DNA from: Octopus sinensis
Lineage: Eukaryota
DNA: 64,000 nt
Direction: 5' to 3'
Assembly: GCF_006345805.1 (NCBI RefSeq)
Contig: NC_043017.1
Coordinates: forward strand, 29,078,001-29,142,000
Both the position numbers and the translations under genes were made by a program. Under the pieces are notes generated by a model. It was given only the letters and a program-made list of their open reading frames with translations, was not told where the DNA came from and did not search any database. Every line of letters starts with the position of its first letter. The stretch's first letter is position 1. Shown here in pieces: positions 24,369-37,693 of this stretch.

Positions 24369-24774
24369 TAAATTGAGATAAAACCAGTATTAGGCAAATC
24401 ATACGATGAAAAACTTAAGCCAATACATAAGATTAATTATTTTATATTATTTTAAATATATATCAAAATTATTAGATATATATAGTAGAAATATGTTACG
24501 AAAAGAAAATATAAAATACACGTGGAAATGTAAGGGTAAAATATGAAAAATCAACGAAAATGCATATTGCAGATAGAAAAAAGCTATTTATGACAGGAAG
24601 TGACAAATATATACACTTAGATGGACTGAGGAAGTAATACGAGTCATAAACGTCATTATTATGAGATGATTATAAGATGAAAATAATAATAAAGTAAGAG
24701 AACAAGCGAACCAGTTGGTTTTGCGAAGGCTATTCATCATATATATTATTATTATATATTATACACACACACAC

Positions 24775-24838
<64 letters not shown>

Positions 24839-24882
24839 AAGAAAAGAGAGATGACGGAAGAGCAAATGACATGATGTCATTA

Positions 24883-24961
24883 GCTCACAGCTGTTTCTGC
24901 TAGTTGCATTAGTGCACTCATAGTTGATTGTCTAAATAACACCTGCTAGATTCTTCGGAGC
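24883..24961 (-). other. Degenerate hammerhead remnant
   Basis: GCT-CCGAAGA...CTAG..GAAACAGCTGTG-AGC; core and cleavage triplet mutated. Confidence 0.35.
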
Positions 24962-25474
24962 ATCAAATATTAACGGCAATGTATTTGAGAAAGAATTTAG
25001 TCTTGCACATAAGAGTACACTGCTTGTAATAGCAGGAATTGCTATAAGTTATTCCTCTGTCATCGATTTTTACTTTCACCGCTCTATAATCGTAGAGCAC
25101 TTCGTTCTGAAACAGACGTACAGCAAACTTTAGGCTTACAATGCCTAACCGTTGTTTCTTCGCGTGCTTGTGCTTCGGATTTTTTCTGGGGGATTTACTA
25201 TATATATATATATATACTCAGACTTTCCTCTACATGATGTGGCAGTCACTTTGCCTCTTACTCGGATTTTCAGAAATTTTGCATGACTGTATCCGAAAAT
25301 TTCTTCATACAACTTGATCAAATATTCAATATGAGCTATATGTAGACATGCATAAATTCTATAGGTTTAAAACCTTTCATCGGATCTCCATGAATCGAAC
25401 TTTCTTCAATGCAGTTAATCTTACAACCACTTTTGTATCTACTCCTTTTGATGTTTGGGAATTCTCTGATATTT

Positions 25475-25562
25475 TTTCGGCTGACGAGTACGAGCCATCT
25501 GTATTCACTGCATTTTTTGTAGCTTATGAAAGATGTCCTCGTACGAAACGATCGTACCGAAA
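25475..25562 (+). ncRNA. Type I hammerhead ribozyme, canonical core
   Basis: TTTCGG-CTGACGA-GTACGAG...CTCGTAC-GAAACGATCGTA-CCGAAA: 6-bp stem I, 7-bp stem II, palindromic stem III, cleavage after 25556. Confidence 0.9.
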
Positions 25563-25610
25563 TTTTAATCCATTCTTGTTGCTTTTTTCCTATATATATA
25601 TATATATATG

Positions 25611-25650
<40 letters not shown>

Positions 25651-25724
25651 CGTGTGTGTGCGTGTGTGTGCGTGTGTGTGCATGTGTTTATGTATGTATG
25701 AATGCATGCATGTTTGTGTATGTG

Positions 25725-25925
25725 CTTCTGTGTTTGTATCCCCCAACATCGCTTGACAACTGATGCTGGTGTGGTTACATCTCCTTACATCTCCTTTCAG
25801 CAAAAGAGACCGATTTAATGAGTACTAGGGTTACAAAGAATAAATCCTGGGGTCGATTTGCTCGACTAAAGGTGGGGTTTCCGCATGGCCGCAGTCAAAT
25901 GACAGAGGTAAAAGAATAAAAGAAT
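25725..25925 (+). mobile_element. SINE family A 3' half
   Basis: Matches family A 3' region. Confidence 0.8.
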
Positions 25926-26012
25926 CTATATATATATATATATATATAATAGATCATATCTCTATATGTATGTATACATACACACACGCACACACACGCA
26001 CACACACACACA

Positions 26013-26093
<81 letters not shown>

Positions 26094-26290
26094 CCATACA
26101 TATATAATATATAGAATGCTTAGTTTATGGTGCTGAACAGGAAAACGCTAAACTCAAGAAGACCGATGTTGAATGCTCTAAAATTCAGATTAACAAATAT
26201 TTGAAATCCGAACATCGAAGGTACTCAAGTTTTGAATATTTAAGGGTAAATATAACAAACACCTTCATAACTACCTTATGTATAGTCACT

Positions 26291-26597
26291 TTACTCTTTT
26301 ACTCTTTTACGTGCTTCAGTCATTTGACTGTGGTCATGCTGGAGCCCCGCCTTTAGTCGAGTAAATCGACCCCGGGACTAATTATTCGTAAGTCTAGTAC
26401 TTATTCTATCGGCCTCTTTTGCCGAAGTTTCGGGGACGTAAACACAGCAGCATGGGTTGTCAAGCGATGTTGGAAGGACAAACAGAGACATACAAACATA
26501 TACACACACATACACACGCATATATATATGTATATACATGACGGGCTTCTTTCAGTTTCCGTCTACCAAATCCACTCACAAGTGTTTGGTCGGCCCT
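26291..26597 (-). mobile_element. SINE family A, 5'-truncated
   Basis: Matches family A. Confidence 0.85.
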
Positions 26598-28032
26598 TGT
26601 ATTTTATGTATGTAGTTTATATAGTGTGTAGTTTATCTGAGAAATATTCAATCATATTAACTCCTTTATTATTCTACGTTAGAACAAGTATGTAGGAAGA
26701 AAAACGGTCTTAAAACACTTTTAAAACATAGATTTTACGAGAAACAAAATCTCATTACTCTTTACATTAGGTAACGTCATAAAAAAAATTTTAAGGAAAA
26801 CAATACGAAAATTCTTCTTAAAAATTACCTACTGTTGTAAAACAGATTATTTGACAAAAACATATTTTGAAAACTTTATTATGGCATTTTTTTACATTTT
26901 GCTGTCATAATCACAATTGCATTCGAGATCTGGTGAAATATTTACTTACAGAACTAAAAAAGAAAATTAAAATAATAAAGAGTATTGTTGGGTCACGATA
27001 TCAAAGGCATTCGCGATAACAAATTTTTTTTTCATTGAATAATTCGTTCTTTAAAGTTTGTCATTATTGAATATATTCTTTCTTTTTCACATTCAATGCA
27101 AACACAGGGTTATACAGTTGCTTATGCCCCTCTACCTACACACTCGCTGTGCAATAATCAATGTAAAAATACTGTCATTTAATCGTTTTAGTTATTTTCT
27201 TTTGTATAAGAAAAAAAACAAAAGCATATATGCGATCATGAGAGAATTTAATACAATATCTAGAATACTAGATCAACAAAAGTTGTAAATGCACCTACTA
27301 GCAGTGGTGGATATCCGAAAAGTAAGAGGGAAGTAGGAGTAGATAAGGGCAGTTTAAAGAAAGAAAATAAGGAAGCGGGAGTAAAAAATGCAACGCTTTA
27401 TTTTTTTAATTCTATGAACTAAATTAGATTCGTTGAAGATTGTGCATTTCAGCTTCGCAAGAAGTGCTTCACTAATGTTTTGCATTTCCCGATAATCTCT
27501 ATCATCGGGTGTTTACTTAAAAAATAAACCTGTTAGTTGAGGTCACACGTAACTATGTTCAAATTTGATGTATTTTTCAGTTCTTTTTCAATATTGACGA
27601 CTAGTTCATTTTTCTTTGCATGCTCTTAATTAAAAGCTTTCATTTATTCATTTATTTATTTATTTATTTATTTATTTATTCTCCATTGGAAGATGAGTCA
27701 AATAAATAACTCCGTCCTTCTCTTTAGTATTTCATTGTGAGTGCTTCTGAGAGAAAACTCATGATGATAAAACATGACAAGATATAGGTAGAGATGATAG
27801 CACAAATCACACACAAGCACACACGCACACACACACACACACACACACGCACACACATACTCACACATACGTTTATGTATATACGTACACACACACACAC
27901 ATATATAAATATATAAATCTGTAAAATAATATGTGACAATTATTCGGTCATAGTCACATGTTATTTTACAGATAAATTTCCTCTATTTACATAATATTGA
28001 GGTCTTTTTCTTTTGTTATCTTACCGTTTTTA

Positions 28033-28080
<48 letters not shown>

Positions 28081-28507
28081 ATATATAATATATATATATA
28101 TATGTTTGTATGCGTGGTGTGTGTGCGCGCCCATATATGTATATATATAACGTATATACATATACACACATATATACATATATACATAAAAGACATACAC
28201 ATATTTCTATATATGAAACATGTTGGTGAACAATTAGCTGCTTTGGAGAGTATAACTATGAAAGCTGTAGTTGAGAAAACGTTAGCTAACGTGGAGGACT
28301 GGATATCATCTGAATACTGGAAAACATTTTCCTGCATCGTAATGTTTAGTGATGAGTGTCAAATGCCGACACCGTGTAAGTGTAAACGTAATAAAATGAA
28401 AAACATTAATGCTTATACCTGCTTCTTTCCCCACCATATTAATATATACATGTTGGACCGTTAGCTCCTATACGCATTTTTTCCTCTCCTTGTTTCTTTT
28501 CTGTGTA

Positions 28508-28545
28508 TCTTTCTGTCGAAGAGCGTAGGCTCGAAACGTAAAAGA
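28508..28545 (+). ncRNA. Minimal Penelope-type hammerhead variant
   Basis: TCTTT-CTGTCGA-a-GAGC-GTAG-GCTC-GAAACGTA-AAAGA; stem III reduced to ACGT; core A6 changed to T. Confidence 0.55.
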
Positions 28546-28673
28546 CTTGTTTTATTTCTATTCCTGAGCGCCATACTAATACAATTGTTTGTTTGTACTC
28601 CACCTGCCTTCGTCTTTTGTTTATTTTCGTAAACCCTCCCGTTAATATATATATATATATACATGTGTTATAC

Positions 28674-28701
<28 letters not shown>

Positions 28702-28704
<3 letters not shown>

Positions 28705-28917
28705 CTAAGCAATAAGGTTTAGCAACGAGTTGCCTTACCACATACCGAATTTAGAAATAGCAGTCAAAGGGTTATAGCTATTTCTTCTACTAAAAAGGGA
28801 GATCTCAGTAAAAACAGCATTTTTTTAGTAGAAGAAATAGCTATAACCCTTTGACTGCTATTTCTAAATTCGGTATGTGGTAAGGCAACTCGTTGCTAAA
28901 CCCTTATTGCTTAGTAT
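28702..28917. repeat. Near-perfect hairpin, ~95-bp arms, ~25-nt spacer, abutting a TA tract
   Basis: ATACTAAGCAATAAGG...CTACTAAAAA / TTTTTAGTAG...CCTTATTGCTTAGTAT. Confidence 0.92.
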
Positions 28918-29896
28918 TACTTAAATTTTCCTCGAATGAGGCTTTTACATGCCGAAGACTACTTGGTGTAATTGATAATTTTTCCAAATTAATTAATTTC
29001 ACCCTTCATTATTACGGATAAATATATATATATATATTTAAGAATGCGACACAAATTTCATTTTCATATAAATATATCAATTTTAGTAATTTAATCTATT
29101 TCACTTCTCCGACGACCCATACCTAATGTACAGACGTTGCTTGGTTGCTGAGATTTATTTGCGGTGGTGATAACTCCCTGAAAGCATCATGTGTTAAAAC
29201 GTATGAAAATCATAGACAGGTGAGGTAACTGACCCTAAATCATATTCAGGAGCGATGGACATGGTCAGTTTGAGGTTTATCAACAACAGTACCTAAACCG
29301 AATTCGTGGTGAACTGAATCGTTTGGCCATGACCATACACAAATACATAATTGTTTAAAAAAATTGTTTATATGGGCCGCTGATGTATCCGTAAGAATAA
29401 ATTCAAATATGCATTTAGACCAGTGCTACTTTTGTATGGATGGACGAATCAATACGCCTCTAATTCGATTCGGGTACATAATAGTTATAAAAACACACAA
29501 AATTGCGAAACATCGATGTCCATCATTATATCCATATTTAAAACTCTGACACTGCTTCTAATTTAAAGTCACGTTTGTTCATACACCTCCAACAGTAATT
29601 TTCTAATTTATACTCTTGTGCAAATTTTCTCTATTCATATCTGTTCTTTCAGAGCTTACACTATACACACAACAAAGAAAAAGTAAAGCTATGGTGTAAA
29701 CTTATGTGTTTCTTCGTTTAGGTCTACACATTTCCATACATTCTAGTATGTCCATTGGATTTAATGCCTCTCGAATTTGTTTATGGCCAGTCTAGGTCAT
29801 AGTATTTGTATATATCAAGGGTTTATAAAAGCATGAATTTGAGACGTGGGAATAATGCAGTTTACGTTGACGCATTTTGGTGTTTCAGATGTGAGT

Positions 29897-30080
29897 ATAT
29901 AATTTAGGGTGCTGATTGCACAAACGCTCTAATAAATAGACATGGTATTGGCTTTAATATTTTCGGAGAAGCAGTTTTAAATTTATCAATGTATTGCATG
30001 AATGTACAAATTTATACATTTTGTACAAATCAGATAAATGCAGAACAGAATTTGCAATAATTTATTATGATAAATGGTAG
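29897..30080 (+). repeat. Dispersed ~180-bp repeat (second copy 34033-34204)
   Basis: TTTAGGGTGCTGATTGCACAAACGCTCTAATAAATAGACATGG...TAAATGGTAG in both. Confidence 0.8.
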
Positions 30081-31289
30081 TATATATCTTTGGTTTTATA
30101 ATACAACATGTGTATAGTTACCAAACAGTTTATTAACTTACTTTAAAGTTATTAAATGCTGAATATTAAGGTAATGGGTATTCTCTATTGATATCATATG
30201 CAATACGTTTCATATATTTCGATACCAGTGCTTGGAATATGATTCTTAATAAACATAACTTTCAAGATCACTTAAAATGATTGCATCCACAGAATAATCA
30301 GCGTTGGAATAAAAGTTGTTGAAAACAATTGTTTTGAAGGAGAGGTATTTAAAGTAAACTATCACCCTGTCACTATATCCATACTACAAGTAACTATTTG
30401 ATAAAATTCTATTAAAAATCAGGTGGTTTGTATAATTGAGTTACTTCACTTAACATTTATGTCTTACACTATTCAACTCATATCAAGGATATTAATCTTT
30501 GGTGACGTTGCTGAATCTGTTCCTGGCTACTGAAAGACTTAACATTTGGAATTATGGATTATACTTGTAAAATTGTGTCGACCTCTATATCGAAACTTTT
30601 CAAAATGTATTTTCCATTGTTTTGTTCCTGAATAGTATGAAAGGCTTCTTTCGTAAACATATTTAAATAGCAACAATGTTATCAATATTAAAGCGTTTGC
30701 GCTTCTTCTAGAGTATTCCATTAATAATGGAATCTAAAATTTGACAGGTTTAATTTGGAATTTTTATTTCAAGTTGAAATTCTTTGTAACGTTTATTTAC
30801 AAAATTCCTTTACTTCACAAGAATGCTTGTACGTATCTACAAGTAGGTTATCTAACTAAAGTTGATTTTCAACTTAACCTGGATATACATCATTTTCATA
30901 CAAACATATAACAAACGTTATAATTCGATTCATTGTATTTTTCCTAGAGAAACTGCGAGTTATATCTGAAAAATCCTAAAGTATTTGAAAACACTCGGCA
31001 TCAGAGTTTTATAAGTTAAAGAATAATTATTTAATTTCACTAAGAATGTCAAAATATTTCACTTGAGCTCAGTGCGTTACAAGAATAAATAAATATATAG
31101 GAACGTTGTTTATTTTTCCATCCAATGTCGAATTTGTATTGTTACAAAATTTCTGTGTGGATGTTCTGATGGTTACTGTATTGAAAGTGTTTTGCGTAGG
31201 ATGTGAACAGTGCCCAGTAGTGACCTTTTCGGTATGTTATATATGTTTGTAAGTTCTGGTGTTTTTGTTATGTATTTGTCTGAATATTT

Positions 31290-31291
31290 TT

Positions 31292-31335
<44 letters not shown>

Positions 31336-31343
31336 TATTACTA

Positions 31344-31395
<52 letters not shown>

Positions 31396-31418
31396 TATTA
31401 TTATTATTATTATTATAA
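31290..31418. repeat. (ATT)n microsatellite
   Basis: Direct inspection. Confidence 0.95.
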
Positions 31419-32049
31419 TTTTATTGCATAATCCTCAAAACAACAAACCCCTTTTTCTCATTAAAGATATTCTTTTCTAATTATTGGCGCTAGACTTAAT
31501 TTTAAAATTTAACCATTTGGTCGTGAATATAGAGTAAAATATAAATAATCTTATTTGACCCAAACCTTCATTACACAAGCATTAAAAAATTCTTCAAACG
31601 TTTGAGCGCCTCTAGTTGTGCAGTAGTAATTTCACAAATGCTTCACACAGAAGGAAATCGATTAAAAATGACAAAATAATCTTTGTTGTTTCATTTATCA
31701 AATTTCTCCTGTCTAACGAAATATATCTAGATTTAATATGTCAATATGAAACAATTTATTTTTAATCAAGCAGAAATTACAGAGAAACTCTTACGTAAAC
31801 ATACGTTTATACACAAATGCGACTTGTCTCCGAAATTTAAAACAAAGTTGCATAACTATGCTCTACATGTAACTGTGTCCGTGTATATGCATAATTTGGG
31901 TTTGTGTATACGAGGCGTCTTGACTACTGAAGGACTGTAAAGGAAGTTGATGCTTAAACTTAGAAGCAAGAGACTGACTGAAATAGATGTCAAAGACTGT
32001 TGAGAATGAAAACCGTATGCATGTCTATAAAAATATGCATATTACATTA

Positions 32050-33409
32050 CTTATTTCCCACAATGGGCTAACCATAGAGGACACAAACAGGGACTGACAA
32101 ATGCATTAAGTCGGTTACATCGACCCCAGCGCGTAATTGGTACTTATTTAATCGACCCCGAAAGGATGAATGGCAAACTCGACCTCGGCGGAATTTGAAC
32201 TCAGAACGTAAAGACAGACGAAATACCTATATCTTTACTGTCCACAAGAAGCTACACACAGATGGGACTAACAAGAACAGACAACGTTTTAAGTCGATTA
32301 TATCGACCTCAGTGCGTAACTGGTACTTATTTAATCGACCCCGAAAGGATGAAAGGCAGAGTCGACCTCGGCGGAATTTGAATTCAGAACGTAGCGGCAG
32401 ACGAAATACCTATTTCTATTTCTTTACTACCCACAAGCGGCTAAACACAGAGAGGACAAACAAGGACAGACAAACGGATTAAGTCGATTATATCGACCCC
32501 AGTGCGTAACTGGTACTTATTTAATCGACCCCGAAAGGATGAAAGGCAGAGTCGACCTCGGCGGAATTTGAATTCAGAACGTAGCGGCAGACGAATACCT
32601 ATTTCTATTTCTTTACTACCCACAAGCGGCTAAACACAGAGAGGACAAACAAGGACAGACAAACGGATTAAGTCGATTATATCGACGTCCAGTGCGTAAC
32701 TGGTACTTATTTAATCGACCCCGAAAGGATGAAAGACAAAGTCGACCTCGGCGTAATTTGAATTCAGAACGTAGCGGCAGACGAAATACCTATTTCTATT
32801 TCTTTACTACCCACAAGCGGCTAAACACAGAGAGGATAAACAAGGACAGACAAACGGATTAAGTCGATTATATTGACCCCAGTGCGTAATTGGTACTTAA
32901 TTAATCGACACACGAAAGGATGAAAGACAAAGTCGACCTCGGCGGAATTTGAATTCAGAACGTAGCGGCAGACGAAATACCTATTTCTATTTCTTTACTA
33001 CCCACAAGCGGCTAAACACAGAGAGGACAAACAAGGACAGACAAACGGATTAAGTCGATTATATCGACCCCAGTGCGTAACTGGTACTTATTTAATCGAC
33101 CCCGAAAGGATGAAAGGCAGAGTCGACCTCGGCGGAATTTGAATTCAGAACGTAGCGGCAGACGAAATACCTATTTCTATTTCTTTACTACCCACAAGCG
33201 GCTAAACACAGAGAGGATAAACAAGGACAGACAAACGGATTAAGTCGATTATATTGACACCAGTGCGTAACTGGTACTTATTTAATCGACACACGAAAGG
33301 ATGAAAGACAAAGTCGACCTCGGCGGAATTTAGACCCACAACGTAACGCAGACGAAATACCGCTAGGTATTTCGCCCGGCGTGCTAACGATTCTACCAGC
33401 TCGTCGCCT
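32050..33409 (-). mobile_element. Head-to-tail array of 7 SINE family C bodies with a single 5' head
   Basis: ~190-bp period (about 32050, 32228, 32410, 32599, 32790, 32981, 33171); A-box head only at 33361-33409. Confidence 0.9.
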
Positions 33410-33652
33410 TAAATGCATATCACATTACTGTATTACATGTGTATATGTGTGATTCTTGCTATAATAGTAATGTATACAAATCTACATGTATATAATTGTT
33501 GCGTTGCACCTGTTGTAAGTTGTGTATCCGAATTGATTGTGTTAAGTGATTATAGATATATACATGAGTCAAAACCATGGCTCGTTACAATTAAATTGGG
33601 ATGCATTTTGAGTATTTCTGTGTGTGGAAATTATATGCAAAGTGTCATATGT

Positions 33653-34030
33653 AGGCGTAGGAGTGGCTGTGTGGTAAGTAGCTTTTTTACCAAACGCATG
33701 ATTCCGTGTTCAGTCCCACTGCGTGGCAACATGGGCAAGTGTTGTGAGTGGATTTGGTAAACGGAGACTGAAAGTAGGCCGTCGTATATACGTGTGTGTG
33801 TGTGTGTGTGTTTGTTTGTGTGACTGTGTTTGTCCCCTAACATCGCTTGGCAACCGATGCTGGAGTGTTTACGTCCGTAAGTTAGAGGTTCGGCTAAAGA
33901 CACCGATAGAATAAGTACTATGTTTACAAAGAATAAGTCCTGGGGTCGATTTGCTCGACTAAAGGTGGTGCTCCAGCATGGCCACAGTCAAATGACTGAA
34001 ACAACTAAAAGAGTAAAAAAGAGTAAAGAG
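33653..34030 (+). mobile_element. SINE family A (internal deletion)
   Basis: Matches family A. Confidence 0.88.
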
Positions 34031-34472
34031 TATATACTTTAGGGTGCTGATTGCACAAACGCTCTAATAAATAGACATGGCATTTTCGGAGAAGTAGTTT
34101 TAAATTTTAGCAACGTATTGTATAAATGTATAAATTTATACATTTTGTACAAATCAAATAAATGCAGAACAGACTTTGCAATAGTTTATTACAATAAATG
34201 GTAGATTTATTTTATTCCGATATCCACATGACATCATTACTACAGACAGAATAAAAAATAATTGATGTTCATGTTCTCTGATTTGTTTTGTCTCAAAATT
34301 TGTTGACAATTTCTGTGAATTCTAAACATATTTGTCTGGTATTTTAATAAATCACGCGTTTTCGTTAACGTTCGTATCTCGAGTGCACCTAAGACATCTA
34401 ATTTCGCCACAAAACTTATACAGAAAGGGGAAACTTCTAGACATATTACGAAATCGTTACCTTCCTAAATAT

Positions 34473-34641
34473 GGCGCAAGAGTGACTGTGTGGTAACAAG
34501 CTTGCTTACTAACCACATCGTTCCGGGTTTAGTTCCACTGTGTGGCACCTTGGGCAAGTGTCTTCTACAATAACATCGGGCCGACCAAAACCTTGTGAGT
34601 GGACTTGGTAGACTGAAACTAAAAGAAACCCGTAGCATATA

Positions 34642-34682
<41 letters not shown>

Positions 34683-34941
34683 ATATATAATATATATATA
34701 TAATATATATGTGTGTGTGTGTGTGTGTGTATGTGTGTTTGTGTGTCTGGTGTTTTCTCCCCCCAGCAACGCTTGACAATCGATGCTGGTGTGTTTGCGT
34801 ACCCGTCACTTAACGGTTAGGCAAAAGATACCGATAGAATAAGTACCAGGCTTACAAACAATAAGTCCTGAGGTCAATTTGCTCGACTAAAGGCGGTGCT
34901 CCAGCATGGCCGCAGTCAAATGACTGAAACACTAAAAGAGT
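34473..34941 (+). mobile_element. SINE family A
   Basis: Matches family A. Confidence 0.88.
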
Positions 34942-34975
34942 ACCTTATGTAATGCTTTAAAAAGAGCGTTTTATC

Positions 34976-35022
34976 AACACGTTTTAACACGTTTTAACAC
35001 GTTTTAACACGTTTTAACACGT
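34976..35022. repeat. 10-bp tandem (AACACGTTTT) x ~4.5
   Basis: Direct inspection. Confidence 0.9.
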
Positions 35023-35074
35023 CTAAGTCGTGTTAAATGGATCACGTCTTGTGCTTTTGCAAGTACGTTCATAT

Positions 35075-35463
35075 TACTCTTTACTCTTTTACTTGTTTCA
35101 GTGATTTGACTGCGGTCATGCTGGAGCACAGCCTTTAGTCGAGCAAATCGACCCCAGTACTTATTCTATCGGTCTCTTTTGCCGAACCGCTAAGTGACGG
35201 GGTCGAAAATACACCAGCATCGGTTGTCAAGCAAATGCTAGGGGGACAAACACAGACACACAAACATACACACGCACATATATATATATATATACATATA
35301 TACGACGGGCTTCTTTCAGTTTCCGTCTACCAAATCCACTCACAAGGCTTTGGTTGGCCCGAGGCTATATTAGAACACACTTGCCCAAGATGCCACGCAG
35401 TGGGACTGAACCCGGAACCATGTGGTTGGTAGACAAGCTACTTACCACACAGCCACTCCTGCG
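35075..35463 (-). mobile_element. SINE family A
   Basis: Matches family A. Confidence 0.9.
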
Positions 35464-35641
35464 CATTTCCACATCGAAATATCTCTTTTCTTTTTTATTC
35501 CTTTTTAACCGGTGATCTATATTACTTCCAGTATCATGTGACACATTTCTTTGCTTTTGTCTCCTCCAATTTCCCTCTCTCTCTCTCTCCCTATCACACA
35601 CATACACTCACACACGCATACACTCACACACACACACAAAA

Positions 35642-35883
35642 ATAATAAATGCGCCCTTTTAAAGCCTAGCCAGGCTCATGGGCCCGGTTTCCCGGTTTCT
35701 ATGGCGTATGAGTTTCCCATCTGGATAGGACGCCAGTCCATCGCAGCGTTACTCATTTTTGCCAGCTGAGTGGACTGGAGCAATGTGAAATGAAGTGTTT
35801 TGCTCAAGAACACAACGCGTCGCCCGGTCCAGGAATCGAAACCACAACCTTACGATCATGGTGCTGACACCCTAACCACTAAG
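35642..35883 (-). mobile_element. tRNA-derived SINE, family D (V-domain-like)
   Basis: Reverse complement of the 60379 unit; core GCTGCGATGGACTGGCGTCC. Confidence 0.88.
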
Positions 35884-36425
35884 ATGCCAATTTCTTTGTC
35901 TAGTTCTTGAAAGAACAACACCTTTTTCGCTTTTGTACAAAATGTCTCGAATAGCTATTTTATGACATAGTAACGTTATCTAAATTAATTTTGGTATCTT
36001 TCCTGGGAATACATCTCATTTAATGCTTATGTGTAAATGAGTTTAATATCCGCTGTAAAGTAAGTTATTTTTATTGCTATAGTTTAGCTCCAGATGTAAA
36101 ATAGGAATTTGTTAATACTTTTACCATTCTTCTGTAGGAAAATGTAATCAGGTACACGTCATTGCACTGTATGTGGGAAGATAGAAGTTATTTTAGGTAC
36201 GCGTGAGAGAATATATATGAAAGGAATTTATAGTTTTGTAGGTACGTGCAGTTAAGCATGCATATATATATAATATATATATATATAATATATATATATA
36301 TATAATATATATATTGTGTGTGTGTGTGTTGTGTGTGTGTATGTGTATGTATGTATGTATATATGTATATATGTATGCATGCACAAACACACACACTCAC
36401 TAATACAGTCATATGTGTGTGTGTA

Positions 36426-36460
<35 letters not shown>

Positions 36461-36496
36461 GACTGTGATTCAAAAAGAAAGAAATGAAGTCCTCAG

Positions 36497-36560
36497 TTAA
36501 ACTTTCCAGCCCATGCCAGGATGGAAAGCGGACGTTAAGCGATGATGATGATGATGATGA
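36497..36560 (+). mobile_element. RTE-type retroposon 3' tail
   Basis: CCCATGCCAGGATGGAAAGCGGACGTTAAG followed by (GAT)n. Confidence 0.55.
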
Positions 36561-36566
36561 TATATA

Positions 36567-36805
36567 CAGTTTTGGCCAATGTTTTCCGACAGTAACTCAA
36601 AATTCCATAAATACTTAATTTTCAATTTTATTTATTTATTCTAATTATGAATATTTAATAAATAAATGCTGAGAGTTTAAAATCATAGTTTTTTTCTTAA
36701 TATTTGTCTATTCATTATTGAAGTCACACATAATATAATACTTTGCTTTCAACTTGGAATTAAATAGTTTTGATTTACCTGTCATGTGAATTTTGGCCAA
36801 CGCTG
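36567..36805. mobile_element. Tc1/mariner-type MITE
   Basis: TA|CAGTTTTGGCCAA ... TTGGCCAACGCTG|TA. Confidence 0.75.
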
Positions 36806-37006
36806 TATATACAGAGAGAGAGAGGAGGGAGAGAGGTGGATTGGGAATGAGTGATATCATTAAAGATCAAGTGATATCCAGAAATGTTCAATATAAAAAG
36901 TACGCAGTCGTGCTCAAATGATTTGAACTTAAACTTCGAGGTCTTTATTGAATACTAGGACCACGGGTTAAGGTTGACAAAACAGAAATTCTAGTGAGTT
37001 GATATT

Positions 37007-37419
37007 TACTCTTTACTCTTTTACTTGTTTCAGTCATATGACTGCGGCCATGCTGGAGCATCGCCTTTAATCGAGTAACTCGACCTCGGGACTTATTCTT
37101 TTGTAAGCCCAGTACATATTCTATCGGTCTCTTTTTGCCGAACCGCTAAGTGACGGGGACATAAACACACCAGCATCGGTTGTCAAGCAATGCTAGGGGG
37201 ACAAACACAGGCACACAAACACACACATTCATATACATATATATATACATATATACGACGTGCTTCTTTCAGTTTCCGTCTACCAAATCCACTCACAAGG
37301 CTTTGGTCGGCTCGAGGCTATAGTAGAAGACACTTTCCCAAGGTGCCACGCAGTGGGACTGAACCCGGAACCGTGTGGTTGGTAAACAAGCTACTTCCCA
37401 TACAGCCACCCCTGCGCCT
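37007..37419 (-). mobile_element. SINE family A
   Basis: Matches family A. Confidence 0.9.
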
Positions 37420-37693
37420 ATTCATTGGAGATAAGGATACAAATAATCAACGGAACATGCTTGGGCTTGTAAATAGAATATACACACATACATGTAAATT
37501 TATATAAGGATGTACAGAGAGCAATAAATGTGAAAATATTCAAAAAATGAACATTGACTTTTACATATTGACTTATATATATACATATTTTAAAATCAAA
37601 ATGAGAGTGAAAAAATGGTATATTAATTTAATAACATCATTTTAACACCAGTGGTTTAGCGTATAAAAAACTGAGATTCAGTAAATATTAATA

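Noticed and set aside
32050-33409. Regular repeats as a CRISPR-like array (also 44604-45663, 58373-59404)
   Set aside because: Whole units repeat with no unique spacers; eukaryotic TE-derived, no cas genes
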